Shown here: one piece after another, positions 1 through 10,215 of the stretch | Layout of the letters: each line of letters starts with the position of its first letter | Numbering within the stretch: the first letter of the stretch is position 1 | NCBI GenBank assembly: GCA_023386815.1 | Contig: JAEWIZ010000034.1 | Coordinates: forward strand, 26,755 to 90,754 | Source: Bacillota bacterium | GTDB taxonomy: Bacteria; Bacillota; Clostridia; Lachnospirales; Lachnospiraceae | Direction of reading: 5' to 3' | Length of the DNA stretch: 64,000 bases | Made by a program: the position numbers and the translations under genes | The notes under the pieces: generated by a model | The model's input: only the letters and a program-made list of their open reading frames with translations | What the model was told of the DNA's origin: nothing | The model's database searches: none

Positions 1-115
1 TCGCGAGCTCCTTGGCCAAGGCTGTTTTTCCGATTCCGCTTTCGCCGACAATTAGTGGTACTTCATCTGCGTGGAGTACCAATTCAACACTTTTTAATGT
101 ATCTGTAAAATTCAT
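1..115 (-). CDS. AAA-family ATPase, N-terminal fragment (runs off the window edge)
   Basis: Manual translation MNFTDTLKSVELVLHADEVPLIVGESGIGKTALAKELA has a Walker A motif (GESGIGKT); GGAGG RBS at 121-125 on the minus strand. Confidence 0.8.
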   Translation of the reverse strand, partial: MNFTDTLKSVELVLHADEVPLIVGESGIGKTALAKELA

Positions 116-160
116 TCTTACCTCCGTGACAATGCTGCAAAATTAGCCTAACTAAATCTA

Positions 161-961
161 TTAATTCAGTTTTAGCTTTTCATCCACTGCAATTTTTTTA
201 GCTTTTTTACTTCCGTATTGATAAAGAAACAGCATTTTATTCATGTCTTTAATATCGCTGTGATCAATGGTATTATAATTTAAGAAATCCCGAACATATT
301 TTTCTTCCACATCTTCCTTTGATAACACATCTTTTAATACTCCTTCCAGCTCAGCCTTTGTGATCTCTTTCATCACATATTTAAGAACCAGAAAATTAAC
401 CTTTAAAAATTCCAATATCTTATTCTTATCTGGGTTATTAATAAACTTAACTGCACTTTCATTACTTCTTACCGCAATCAGTTCTGCCCTATCGCTGGGG
501 GAAGTGATGAATCTCAAGGCTTCATAATTAATTGATACAGCTTCCTCCTGGACACTCTCATAGGGCTCCTTTATAAATTTAATAGAGTCATAATTTTTCC
601 TTACGGCTAATAGCTGCAATTCCTCGCTGGGATAATCAATATAACGGATTGCCCAACCGGCTTGCTGTATTGCTAATTTTATTACCTGATCCGTCGGATG
701 CTTCAGATATTCTAAATTAGTCCATCCACTCTGGATGGCTCTGATCATCATATCCTCCGTAGGGTTCTTAATGAATTTGATGGCACGGATATTATTATCT
801 AGCGCTAACTCCTGCATTTCCATCGTTGGATTTTCAAAATACTCCAGTAAAAGTCCATTTCTTTTTAGAGCAGCTAATTTCAGCTCCTCGGAGGGCTGAT
901 GAAGGGTTTTGATAGCGTTAGGGTTATTCCTTATCATTTCTAAAAGCTGTGTTTGATTCAT
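161..961 (-). CDS. Helical-repeat protein (DUF4116-like)
   Basis: 266-aa ORF with ~23-aa repeats of the form P-x-E-x4-A-x3-N-x2-(A/S)-(I/L)-x-(F/Y)-I. Confidence 0.65.
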   Translation of the reverse strand: MNQTQLLEMIRNNPNAIKTLHQPSEELKLAALKRNGLLLEYFENPTMEMQELALDNNIRAIKFIKNPTEDMMIRAIQSGWTNLEYLKHPTDQVIKLAIQQAGWAIRYIDYPSEELQLLAVRKNYDSIKFIKEPYESVQEEAVSINYEALRFITSPSDRAELIAVRSNESAVKFINNPDKNKILEFLKVNFLVLKYVMKEITKAELEGVLKDVLSKEDVEEKYVRDFLNYNTIDHSDIKDMNKMLFLYQYGSKKAKKIAVDEKLKLN

Positions 962-1119
962 GGGTTTTAGTCCTTAATAATATTTATTTAGTCAATTAAA
1001 TCAATAGTTATGTAAAGGTCAGTGAAACAGATTGATTATAACATGATATTTCTAAAAAATCATCAATTAGAACTTTGAAAAATAAATGAAAGCAAATCAA
1101 AAAATAACAAAATAAGTAA

Positions 1120-1170
1120 TTGACAAAAAGCATATACTGTATATAATGGTGTATATACAGTATATGCTTT
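1120..1170 (+). promoter_or_regulatory. sigma-A promoter overlapped by a 19-bp perfect inverted repeat (probable GntR/YtrA operator)
   Basis: TTGACA 1120-1125, TATAAT 1142-1147; arms AAAGCATATACTGTATATA 1127-1145 and TATATACAGTATATGCTTT 1152-1170. Confidence 0.8.
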
Positions 1171-1228
1171 GCAAAGTGAAACGTCTATGATATTACTGCA
1201 GAATATCATACGATGTACTGGAGGTACT

Positions 1229-1600
1229 ATGAAGATATTAATATCGAATCAGTCTGAACTACCGATTTATGCCCAGATCAAGGAACAGATCAAGGAACAG
1301 ATACTAAATGGCCAGATAGAGGAGGGGACAGAGCTTCCATCAATCCGTAAGCTGGCAAAAGAACTGGGTGTGAGTGTTATTACCACCACCCGGGCTTATA
1401 ACGACCTTGAGGAAGAAGGATTTATTACATCCATGCAAGGAAAAGGCAGCATGGTGTTATCAAAAGAAAATGAATTTTTAAAGGAAAAATACTTATTACG
1501 CATTGAAGATGGTATGGGAACAGCGGTTGAGACAGCAAAGAGAATTGGAATGAAGGAAGATGAACTTATAAACTTATTGCATAGGTTGTGGAAAGAGTGA
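1229..1600 (+). CDS. GntR family (YtrA subfamily) transcriptional regulator
   Basis: PIYAQI...LPSIRKLAKELGVSVITTTRAY wHTH with short C-terminus; ATG 1229 after GGAGG. Confidence 0.9.
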   Translation: MKILISNQSELPIYAQIKEQIKEQILNGQIEEGTELPSIRKLAKELGVSVITTTRAYNDLEEEGFITSMQGKGSMVLSKENEFLKEKYLLRIEDGMGTAVETAKRIGMKEDELINLLHRLWKE

Positions 1601-1604
1601 GACA

Positions 1605-2465
1605 ATGGAGCTATTAGAAGTAAAGGGTTTAACCAAACGGTACAAAGGATTTTTACTGGATGATATATCTTTTTCTTTGCCCAAAGGATATATCCTGGGG
1701 TATGTTGGACAAAATGGGGCAGGGAAGACAACGACAATCAACTGTATCAATCAGATCTGTCATGCTAACAGTGGGACGGTATATGTAAATGGTCGTAGGT
1801 ACAGTGATGATCCGATTCAATACAAGGAAGAAATCGGTTTTATCGGAGACGAGTCCTATTTTCCAAAGGAATTGAGGATTTCAGATATTCGCAGTATACA
1901 AAAGATGTTTTATGAAAGCTTTCAAGAAGATAAGTTTAATCAGCTGATAGCAAGATTTAAGCTTCCCGAGAAGCAGAAAATCCAAGAATTTTCCAGAGGA
2001 ATGAAAGTAAAGCTGATGTTTGCAGTAGCCCTATCCAGGGACACCAAGCTACTCATATTAGATGAGGCTACCAATGGACTTGATCCGGTAATGCGATCAG
2101 AAGTGTTACAAATTCTTCAAGATTATATCTCCGACGGTGAGAGAAGTATTCTCTTCTCAACCCATATGTTGGAGGATCTGGAGCAGATCGCAGACTATAT
2201 CGTCTTTATCGATCAGGGAAAAATAATTATTAATGAGACCAAGGATGATCTGCTGGAATCCTATCTTATCCTTAAGGGAGACTATAAAGAGCTTACAACA
2301 GAACTAAGAAGTCGGCTGATCGGAATAGAGAAGAAGGAATTCGGATTTGAGGCCTTGATTAAGAGCGATGAAGCAAGATATGTTCCGAAAGGATTTGTCA
2401 TTAACAAACCATCGATAGATAAGATCATGGTACATTTAATTCGTAACAAATTGGAGGGAGAGTAG
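1605..2465 (+). CDS. ABC transporter ATP-binding protein
   Basis: Walker A GQNGAGKT, signature FSRGM, Walker B LLILDE, H-loop STH. Confidence 0.93.
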   Translation: MELLEVKGLTKRYKGFLLDDISFSLPKGYILGYVGQNGAGKTTTINCINQICHANSGTVYVNGRRYSDDPIQYKEEIGFIGDESYFPKELRISDIRSIQKMFYESFQEDKFNQLIARFKLPEKQKIQEFSRGMKVKLMFAVALSRDTKLLILDEATNGLDPVMRSEVLQILQDYISDGERSILFSTHMLEDLEQIADYIVFIDQGKIIINETKDDLLESYLILKGDYKELTTELRSRLIGIEKKEFGFEALIKSDEARYVPKGFVINKPSIDKIMVHLIRNKLEGE

Positions 2466-2466
2466 A

Positions 2467-3126
2467 ATGAAGGCATTAAAGTTCTTAAAAGTGGATTGGA
2501 TTAGGTGTAAAACGCAATTAAGAATCCTGGTGCTGTTTCCAATCATATCAGCAGTATTGGTCTTCGGCGGCATGGAGAATGAGTTGTTTATCAATGCCTA
2601 TGTAGTATTCGGTGCCATCATATTTTCAGCACAGCCCTTTAATATGGAGCATATGTCTGAGTCAGGCTTTATCAATATGCTGCCGGGAACGAAGAGAGAT
2701 CGGGTGGCTGGAAGATACTTATTCGCATTTGTTCTGATTGTACTGTCAGTACTCGTGGGGCTAGGCGTGGTGGCGGTATATAATCTTCAAAAAGGTATAA
2801 GTCTTGCTCCGGTGGTTTCAGTATCCTGTATTCTATTTGGGTGGGCAATGGTAATCTGCTCCCTGCAATATATTCTCTTCTATTCCTTAGGTAAGGGTAA
2901 GAGTAATCAGATGATGGCGATGATCCGTATGATACCGGCGTTTATTATGTTCTTTTTAGGCACCTACTTGTCAGATTGGCTAAAGGGTGGAGATGGGGCT
3001 AATCTTAGATGGGTATTGAATCGTGAGGTGGAGCTTTCACTTTTGTGTGTATTAATTGGGCTTTTTGTGTTTTTTGTTGGGATATCGATATCTAGCCGGA
3101 TTATTGAGCATAAGGATTATGCTTGA
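2467..3126 (+). CDS. ABC-2 type permease
   Basis: ~6 hydrophobic segments; directly follows the ABC ATPase. Confidence 0.85.
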   Translation: MKALKFLKVDWIRCKTQLRILVLFPIISAVLVFGGMENELFINAYVVFGAIIFSAQPFNMEHMSESGFINMLPGTKRDRVAGRYLFAFVLIVLSVLVGLGVVAVYNLQKGISLAPVVSVSCILFGWAMVICSLQYILFYSLGKGKSNQMMAMIRMIPAFIMFFLGTYLSDWLKGGDGANLRWVLNREVELSLLCVLIGLFVFFVGISISSRIIEHKDYA

Positions 3127-3280
3127 TGCGATGGCTTTGCGTTAAGGATAGGAGTAACTAGATTCCATTTACCGTTTTTGGAGAGCATTTTCTAGACTGG
3201 ATTATTGTAAGTTGAATTGTGAAGAATGTTAGCTAAAAATGTTATAGTGCTTAGAGATAAGATTTTCGATATAACACATA

Positions 3281-3325
3281 AAACAAAGGGATTCAGAAGC
3301 TATAAAAATCTGAATCCCTTTGTTT
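3281..3325. terminator. Bidirectional intrinsic terminator
   Basis: AAACAAAGGGATTCAGA / TCTGAATCCCTTTGTTT inverted repeat between the convergent permease and tRNA-Leu. Confidence 0.75.
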
Positions 3326-3334
3326 AATAAGTAA

Positions 3335-3418
3335 TGCAGTTGAGGGGACTTGAACCCCTACCCAGTTACCCGGACTAGAACCTGAATCTAGCGCGTATGC
3401 CAATTCCGCCACAACTGC
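3335..3418 (-). tRNA. tRNA-Leu(CAG)
   Basis: Reverse complement folds as a class II cloverleaf: GCAGTTG/CAACTGC acceptor stem, CTAGA-TTCAGGT-TCTAG anticodon arm, GGTTCAAGTCC T-loop; no encoded CCA. Confidence 0.95.
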
Positions 3419-3600
3419 AGACAAGTTACCGAACTTACGGAACGAAATAAATTATAACATACCCAATATCTAATTTCAACTAAAATATTTTATTTTGCCC
3501 GCCATTTAATAAGATTCACCTCGAACTTCGCAAATTGCATAAAATATATATTTAAATTGAATTATAATGCACAAAAGGCAAAATTATCAAACGAAAGGAC

Positions 3601-3629
3601 TTGACAGAACCTGGCTATGGTATTAAAAT
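3601..3629 (+). promoter_or_regulatory. sigma-A promoter of tRNA-Asn
   Basis: TTGACA-17bp-TAAAAT, ending 11 bp before the tRNA. Confidence 0.75.
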
Positions 3630-3640
3630 AGTTAACATAT

Positions 3641-3712
3641 TCCTCGATAGCTCAATGGTAGAGCACACGGCTGTTAACCGTGGGGTTGTAGGTTCGAGCC
3701 CTACTCGGGGAG
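3641..3712 (+). tRNA. tRNA-Asn(GTT)
   Basis: Cloverleaf with CACGG-CTGTTAA-CCGTG anticodon arm and GGTTCGAGCCC T-arm. Confidence 0.95.
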
Positions 3713-3924
3713 TTATTTTTTTGCCTTTTAGCTTATGATGGACGCGAGAGCACGCTGATACACGGTGAGTCTGCGTAAATCATAAGCTTTTTTTGTAAAC
3801 AGATAATTTCATAATTCTGTAACCCTACTTTCCACACCAAATGTATAAATTTTTCTTCTTACGGAAAATCTAACCTTGAGACGATGTAGAATTTAACTGC
3901 ATAAGCGCAAGAAAAGAGGCTGTT

Positions 3925-5478
3925 ATGAATACGATTTGGCGAGAGAATGGTACTGTAGAAAGCACAGGTAAAGAACGAGGAGAATCCCTGTGGGTCCAGA
4001 AGCAATTCCGTTATGATAATCAGCAAATAAAGGAGCAGGTGCAACGACCCAAGCTGCAAGAAGATATCACTACGGATGTGGTAGTAATTGGTGCAGGTAT
4101 GGCAGGTGTGCTTATTGCTCACATGCTTCAAAAGAATGGCTTCTCTGTAGTTCTGGTAGATTATAAAGAAGTAGGTAGTGGTATAACAAAGAATACAACG
4201 GCAAAGATTAGCTCACAGCATAATTTAATATATCATAAATTAATAACCAATAAGGGGCAGGAACGTGCTTGGGAGTATGCTACTTCCAACCAGAAAGCGA
4301 TTGAGATGTTTGAAGAAATGATCTCTTCGCAGGGAATCGATTGTGATTTTCAGATCCAACCCAGCTATATTTACACCCTTGATAATGAGGAGAGGATTAA
4401 GCAGGAGGTAGAGGCGGCTAGAAAATTGGGAATCTCTGCGGTACTAACAAAAGAGACCACGCTTCCCTTTCCGGTGAAAGCAGCGGTGCGTTTTGATCAT
4501 CAGGCACAGTTTCATCCACTAAAATTCTTAGATGGAATAGCGAAATACCTAACAATATATGAACACACCCGTATCACAGAGGTACGAGATGATGGAGTCG
4601 TTATTACGGAACAGGGGCGAATTAAAGCAAAGTCCATCGTAATTGCTACACATTACCCGTTCATCAATGCACCTGGTTTCTATTTCTTTCGCATGCATCA
4701 AGATCGACAATATGTGGTAGCGCTGGAGGGCGAGGACATCAATAAAAAAGCTCATCTGGATGGAATGTACTTGGACGCAGATCCCCAAGGATATTCTTTT
4801 CGAAATTACAAGGACTTTTTGCTCCTAGGCGGTGCCAATCACCGATCCGGAAAAAGTAATCCACCGGATGCTTATGCACAACTGGAAGCGGCAGCGGGAA
4901 AGTGGTATCCGAATGCCAAGATTGCATATTCTTGGTCAAATCAGGATTGTATGACTCCGGATTCCATTCCCTATATCGGAAGATACTCCTCTAGAACTTC
5001 AAATATCTATGTGGCCACAGGCTTTAATAAATGGGGTATGACCAGTGCTATGGTATCAGCAATGATTATTAGTGATATGATTGCAGGCAGAAAGAATGAA
5101 TACCAGAAAGTCTTTTATCCCCGCAGATTACAGTTTTCCGGAAGCAAGGAATTAATAAAGGATGCAGCGGTTGTAACCATTAACCTATTATCAGAGCATT
5201 TAAGGATTACTCATGATAAGCTAAGGGACATCGGACCTGGAGAAGCAGGAACTGTTCTAAAGGATGGAATGAAGATAGGAGTCTACCGGGATAAATATGA
5301 TAAATACTATTTTGTTACAACAAAATGTCCTCATTTAGGCTGCAGCTTGGAATGGAATCAGAATGAGCTTACCTGGGATTGTCCCTGCCATGGCTCCAGA
5401 TTCGATTATCGTGGTAATCTAATCAGTAATCCGGCTATGAGGGATGTATTTGATGCATGCCAGAGAAAAAAGAAATAG
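3925..5478 (+). CDS. FAD-dependent oxidoreductase with C-terminal Rieske [2Fe-2S] domain (YhfW-like)
   Basis: DVVVIGAGMAG FAD motif; Rieske motifs CPHLGC and WDCPCHGSRF. Confidence 0.9.
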   Translation: MNTIWRENGTVESTGKERGESLWVQKQFRYDNQQIKEQVQRPKLQEDITTDVVVIGAGMAGVLIAHMLQKNGFSVVLVDYKEVGSGITKNTTAKISSQHNLIYHKLITNKGQERAWEYATSNQKAIEMFEEMISSQGIDCDFQIQPSYIYTLDNEERIKQEVEAARKLGISAVLTKETTLPFPVKAAVRFDHQAQFHPLKFLDGIAKYLTIYEHTRITEVRDDGVVITEQGRIKAKSIVIATHYPFINAPGFYFFRMHQDRQYVVALEGEDINKKAHLDGMYLDADPQGYSFRNYKDFLLLGGANHRSGKSNPPDAYAQLEAAAGKWYPNAKIAYSWSNQDCMTPDSIPYIGRYSSRTSNIYVATGFNKWGMTSAMVSAMIISDMIAGRKNEYQKVFYPRRLQFSGSKELIKDAAVVTINLLSEHLRITHDKLRDIGPGEAGTVLKDGMKIGVYRDKYDKYYFVTTKCPHLGCSLEWNQNELTWDCPCHGSRFDYRGNLISNPAMRDVFDACQRKKK

Positions 5479-5513
5479 ATTGAAACAATACTACTTACTT
5501 GTCATAAGTAAAA

Positions 5514-5555
5514 AAGGTGAGCGTACACAAAGTTACCCTTGTGTACGCTCACCTT
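5514..5555. terminator. Intrinsic terminator between convergent genes
   Basis: 17-bp perfect stem AAGGTGAGCGTACACAA/TTGTGTACGCTCACCTT. Confidence 0.8.
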
Positions 5556-5676
5556 AATTATTTTATTATAGGGAACTCTAACAATTCATTACTGAATCAT
5601 TTTGTTAAGGCAGAGAAATCAGGAATTCTCAAAAGAAAAAATTCCACAATATCAGGTCAAACTTAGCAGATCACTT

Positions 5677-7818
5677 CTATTTCACATAGGTTATCACAAA
5701 TTTAGCATAAGGCTCACCCGCAAATACAATCATACCATCCTTCGGTAATGTAACTGTGGTGCCCTTTGTAATCCAAGAATTGAAGATACAATTATCGTTT
5801 GAATCGTACACAGCAAATGCAGCATTTTTAGGAACCGTTACCTTAAGCTTGCGGTTTTCTGATTTTTCACTGATCTTATACCATTTAGCATATCCATCCC
5901 CACCGACTTGGAAGGATACACCTGACCAGGTAAACAAGGAACGGATATTATCCTCCGACTTTAAGACATAGCTGCCATAATTTAAGTATTCTGTTTTTCC
6001 TTTTTTATAGAAGGTATAGTCACTTAGGTCCCTGCCATAGACGCCGGGAATCTGGAGATATGCTTTTGCATGATTCTCATCAATAATCTCAGCATTATTA
6101 CAATAGCCTTTCAAATCCTCTGAAAGCGAAACCTGTAAAGCCATTCCGCCATTTGCATAAGATTGTGAAGAGTATTTTTCATTTATAATATAATACTTTT
6201 TATCCTTACGGGCATCCCAAGCAGCTTGAACCGTCTTGGTTAAGGTTTTGTCATCCACCTTCTCACACTGATATCCGGAAGAAGTTACCGGGCCTAAGCT
6301 TGGAAGATTACTATAGCCGGATACATAAAAATATGTCTTGCCGTTTGCTTCCTCGGTAAATTTAATATAATTACTTCCATCAGGGGAATAGTATTTACCG
6401 TTACCAGTATAGACATATCTGAGTGTTGAACCGGAGCTGAATAAATCCGATAAGGTAAGTGTGCCATCATCGCTCAGAGCAACCTTAATCGCACCCAAAG
6501 CTGCTAGATAGACACCCTCGTATTTCTTTTGATCGGTCGGTAAGTCCATCTTTGTGGGTTTTACAGGAGTTGGGGTAGCTTTTATTTCAGTAATGGTGCC
6601 TTTTTCCTTTAAAGCAGAGAGCAAGACCTCCTGAGCCATTATTTGATTATAGGTACTGGCAGCACCTGAGGTGAATACGGCCATAGCCATACCTTCCTCC
6701 GGTAATACAATCAGGCTGCTATGGTAAAGTAAAGTATCTCCACCCTTTACCAAAGCCTTGATCTTATATTCTGTAAAAGGTTCAGTAATTACACTATCCC
6801 AGCCAAGACCGTAAGTGAGAGAGGAGGCTTCTTTAAACTTCATAAGTCCATTAAGATATTCCGGGTTTTCCATAGCTTTTGCAGAATCTGATGATAAGAC
6901 TGTTGACTTTGAGTCCCTCATGAAAATCTGTGAAAACCGGCATAAATCTTCAGCAGATGAATAAATACCGCCGGCACCCACTACACTGAGACTTTCGGTA
7001 GGAAGTGCATTTTTAAATGCAGGTATATAAGTTTTAGCAAGTAAATCAGATGTAAATTCCTCATATGGTGTCTTTGTATGACTCATATTAAGAGGTGTTG
7101 AGATATAATCTTTCAGATAGGTGGTAAAATCCTTACCAGTGACCTTCTCCACAAGAAGCTGTGCTAAGGAGAAGCCGTCGTTACAATAAACGGAGAAATC
7201 TCCGGGAGCGGCTTTTAATCTTGAGGTCTTCAAAGCGTCCAATAGATTATTATAACCCACCTGATCCTTATCATTAAATAACATGGAATTATTAAAAGAA
7301 GAGCCCAGGAGTCCGGAAGAATGATTTAGCAGCATTCTTACCGTGATATCCTTGTAACGTTCGTCAGCCATGGTAAATTCAGGTATGTAATCAACCACAG
7401 GGTTGTCTAATTTAACTTTTCCCTGCTCCACCAACTGCATCACAGCGACGGTTGTAAATACTTTACTGATGGAACCAATACCATACATCGTATCCTTCGT
7501 AAGCGCAGTAGAAGCTTCTTTGCTGTAGACACCGGACTGTCCCGATGCGATAATCTTACCATCAGCGATGAAAGCATATTGAACACTGGTGGCACCGTAA
7601 AAGGAGCTTAGTACAGAAGCCTTTTTCTTTGCTAATGCTACTGTTTCTTTGTAGTCTGCAGTACTTGAGCTGTTGGTTGTAACTTCAGCTGATGTAATCA
7701 CTGCAGTACTATAGGGAGTAACTTCATTGGATTGTGCGTATGCAACCGGGCTAAAGCTATTTACAAATAGCAGAGCTAATACGATTGCAATTAGTTTCTT
7801 CGGATAATGTCTTATCAT
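5677..7818 (-). CDS. Secreted serine hydrolase, beta-lactamase/PBP-like family
   Basis: Signal peptide; SxxK (GSISK), LLNHSSG and YxN (YCN) motifs; long C-terminal extension. Confidence 0.85.
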   Translation of the reverse strand: MIRHYPKKLIAIVLALLFVNSFSPVAYAQSNEVTPYSTAVITSAEVTTNSSSTADYKETVALAKKKASVLSSFYGATSVQYAFIADGKIIASGQSGVYSKEASTALTKDTMYGIGSISKVFTTVAVMQLVEQGKVKLDNPVVDYIPEFTMADERYKDITVRMLLNHSSGLLGSSFNNSMLFNDKDQVGYNNLLDALKTSRLKAAPGDFSVYCNDGFSLAQLLVEKVTGKDFTTYLKDYISTPLNMSHTKTPYEEFTSDLLAKTYIPAFKNALPTESLSVVGAGGIYSSAEDLCRFSQIFMRDSKSTVLSSDSAKAMENPEYLNGLMKFKEASSLTYGLGWDSVITEPFTEYKIKALVKGGDTLLYHSSLIVLPEEGMAMAVFTSGAASTYNQIMAQEVLLSALKEKGTITEIKATPTPVKPTKMDLPTDQKKYEGVYLAALGAIKVALSDDGTLTLSDLFSSGSTLRYVYTGNGKYYSPDGSNYIKFTEEANGKTYFYVSGYSNLPSLGPVTSSGYQCEKVDDKTLTKTVQAAWDARKDKKYYIINEKYSSQSYANGGMALQVSLSEDLKGYCNNAEIIDENHAKAYLQIPGVYGRDLSDYTFYKKGKTEYLNYGSYVLKSEDNIRSLFTWSGVSFQVGGDGYAKWYKISEKSENRKLKVTVPKNAAFAVYDSNDNCIFNSWITKGTTVTLPKDGMIVFAGEPYAKFVITYVK

Positions 7819-8009
7819 TAACTTCCCTCCATGGATCTTATTCTGAATAAAGAATCAGTTAAATGAAGTATAACATACCAAGGCAGGAAATCAATTCCGG
7901 TAATGTTATTTTAATCAAATTCTTAACAAAATAAGGTGGTCAAACTTCGGGATATGGTATATACTTACATGTACATGAAAGAATAATCATAAGGGAGGAT
8001 ATTTAATTA

Positions 8010-8861
8010 ATGAGATTATCAAAACTTTTTAAAGCGTGTGCAATAGCGTTAACACTAGCTGTTGTGACACCATCAATCGCACCGATGAACAATGTTGCAG
8101 TAGCAGAGGCGGCAACAGCAATCAAACTGAATAAGACCAAGCTCACTTTGAATGTTGGAGATACATCGAAGCTTAAGATAAGTGGTACCAAGAGCAAGGT
8201 TACCTGGGCAACCAACAAAAAGACCGTAGCTACTGTAGATAAGACTGGAAAGGTCACAGCAGTTAAAGCGGGATCAGCTATCATCACAGCAACTGTGAAT
8301 AAGAAAAAATACACCTGTAAGGTTACAGTAAAAGCTCTGAATCCTAACATTGCTAAGGCTCCTTTTACGGCACAGGAAGTAGTGTTCGGAGATTTAAAGG
8401 GTGTGATTCCAAAGGATTGGACAAATCAAGTTGCAGTAAATGCTCAAGGTGTTTATTCATCTGCAATCTATCCCAAAACAGCAGATATAGAAACATTAGT
8501 ATCAGGTGTTCAGTTAACAGTTCAGTATAATGGAACTCCTAAGGGCGATTATAATGAAATTAAAGATTATCTTAAAGCTGCAATTACGGAAGAACTTATC
8601 AATTCTCAATTAGCTGCTCAAGGTATCGATGTAACAGTAACCGATTTTAAAACAAGCGATTTTGAATCAACATTAGGAACTGCATTTAAAACGGAATATA
8701 AAATGAATATAGAAGGTCTTGAGGTATCTCAGGCTATCTATAATGTTTATATTGATAATTATTTAATCCAGGTAACTGTAGCAAGTGATTCCGAGGGTAC
8801 AACTCCGGATGCTTATGTAGTTGGAGAATATTTACTTAATACATTAGAATTAGCAAAATAA
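8010..8861 (+). CDS. Secreted protein with a bacterial Ig-like (Big_2) domain
   Basis: Signal peptide; KLNKTKLTLNVG...W...VATVDKTGKVTAVKAGSAIITAT pattern. Confidence 0.8.
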   Translation: MRLSKLFKACAIALTLAVVTPSIAPMNNVAVAEAATAIKLNKTKLTLNVGDTSKLKISGTKSKVTWATNKKTVATVDKTGKVTAVKAGSAIITATVNKKKYTCKVTVKALNPNIAKAPFTAQEVVFGDLKGVIPKDWTNQVAVNAQGVYSSAIYPKTADIETLVSGVQLTVQYNGTPKGDYNEIKDYLKAAITEELINSQLAAQGIDVTVTDFKTSDFESTLGTAFKTEYKMNIEGLEVSQAIYNVYIDNYLIQVTVASDSEGTTPDAYVVGEYLLNTLELAK

Positions 8862-8944
8862 GATTTATAAGAATTATATTTCATGGTATATTTGGATAGT
8901 TTAATTCATTGTTGAATCAACACTTGTCAAAATATATTTATTAC

Positions 8945-8974
8945 AAAGCCTCAGGTTATTTTAACTGAGGCTTT
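8945..8974. terminator. Bidirectional terminator
   Basis: AAAGCCTCAG/CTGAGGCTTT stem between convergent genes. Confidence 0.7.
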
Positions 8975-8997
8975 ATTAATTGAAAAGGTTTATACAA

Positions 8998-9588
8998 TTA
9001 CTTTAACTCAAGATAATCAGAGGTAAAGCCTTTCTCTCCTATATTAATCTGTCCGTTAAAAGTATGAAATACCCATTGGTCGTCATCATTCTTCTGATAG
9101 TGGTATTCTCGAAACCAGTCCTTTAACCTACGATCCTTGCCTAAATATTCCTCTCGAATAATCAAGGTGCTGGAGGTAAGCGTCTCATCCTGATAAAAGG
9201 CATTTTCTATCTGAGCAGACACAATTTCAATGTCCCTATGATAGATCGTTGGATAAAAAGTATCTTTACTCAACTGAAGAGTTGTAATATTTTTATCCTC
9301 AATCTCTGCATTACTAAAAAATAGATACATCCACTGAACTTCTTCATAGTTATCATATGCTTGATCAATGTCAATGATAAATTGATCAAACTCTTCTCGG
9401 GTTGCGGTATCCTTGATAGAGATGTCTGCAATGAGTTTTTCTCCACTTTGAATCATCTGTGTGGCTGATTTAATATCGAAATCAATTGTATCAATTCGTA
9501 AAGGTTCTATCTGTCTTCCTCTGTTAGTACAAGAACAAAACATCATGGTAAAACAAAGGATGGGGATGATTAATAAAATTTTTTTCAA
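8998..9588 (-). CDS. Hypothetical lipoprotein
   Basis: N-terminal signal ending in a lipobox-like FCSC; overlaps the stop of the upstream gene. Confidence 0.65.
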   Translation of the reverse strand: MKKILLIIPILCFTMMFCSCTNRGRQIEPLRIDTIDFDIKSATQMIQSGEKLIADISIKDTATREEFDQFIIDIDQAYDNYEEVQWMYLFFSNAEIEDKNITTLQLSKDTFYPTIYHRDIEIVSAQIENAFYQDETLTSSTLIIREEYLGKDRRLKDWFREYHYQKNDDDQWVFHTFNGQINIGEKGFTSDYLELK

Positions 9589-10163
9589 GCTAGTCCTCCT
9601 TGTGCTTCTTTGGAAGAATTCATTTTATATTGGCTGGTTGTAAGTCGGTACATTTTTGTATCATAAGAGGTAACTCCATCAAACTTTGTATGTATCTCAT
9701 TTCTCAGGTATTCAAAACCACACTTTTCCAACACTCTGCCTGATGCAGGATTTTCCACTGCATGCCAGGCAATAAAGTTATTTTTATTTAATTCCTTTAC
9801 CGCAAAATTTAAGATTGCTTCCACTGCTTCTGTTGTGTATCCATGATTCCAGCATTTGTACATGATGTTATAACCAAGCTCAAAGGCTTTTTCTGTCTCA
9901 TTATAGTTAAGACCTCCAGAGCCAAATAAGTAGGAAGAGTCTTTTAATACAAAGCCCCATAGATAGACGTTGTCGCTTAAAATATTATGCTCTTCCATAC
10001 ACAACCAATCCGTTGTTTCTTTACTATCTTTATGTGTACTCCATCTAACATACCTGGAAACTCTATCATCTGATGTCCAGCGGTCATAGATTACTTCTGC
10101 ATCCTGAATGGAAAGAGGTCTAAGTATAAGTCTCTCGGTCTCGAGTATTGGTGTTATCATCAT
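9585..10163 (-). CDS. GNAT N-acetyltransferase (RimJ/RimL-like)
   Basis: LETERLILRP, ELGY...WNHGYTTEA, N-x-AS-x-RVLEKCGF motifs. Confidence 0.88.
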   Translation of the reverse strand: MMITPILETERLILRPLSIQDAEVIYDRWTSDDRVSRYVRWSTHKDSKETTDWLCMEEHNILSDNVYLWGFVLKDSSYLFGSGGLNYNETEKAFELGYNIMYKCWNHGYTTEAVEAILNFAVKELNKNNFIAWHAVENPASGRVLEKCGFEYLRNEIHTKFDGVTSYDTKMYRLTTSQYKMNSSKEAQGGLA

Positions 10164-10215
10164 TTTCCGCCTTTCTTACCTTTATATAAAGGTCATACCG
10201 GTATTTAATCGTTGT

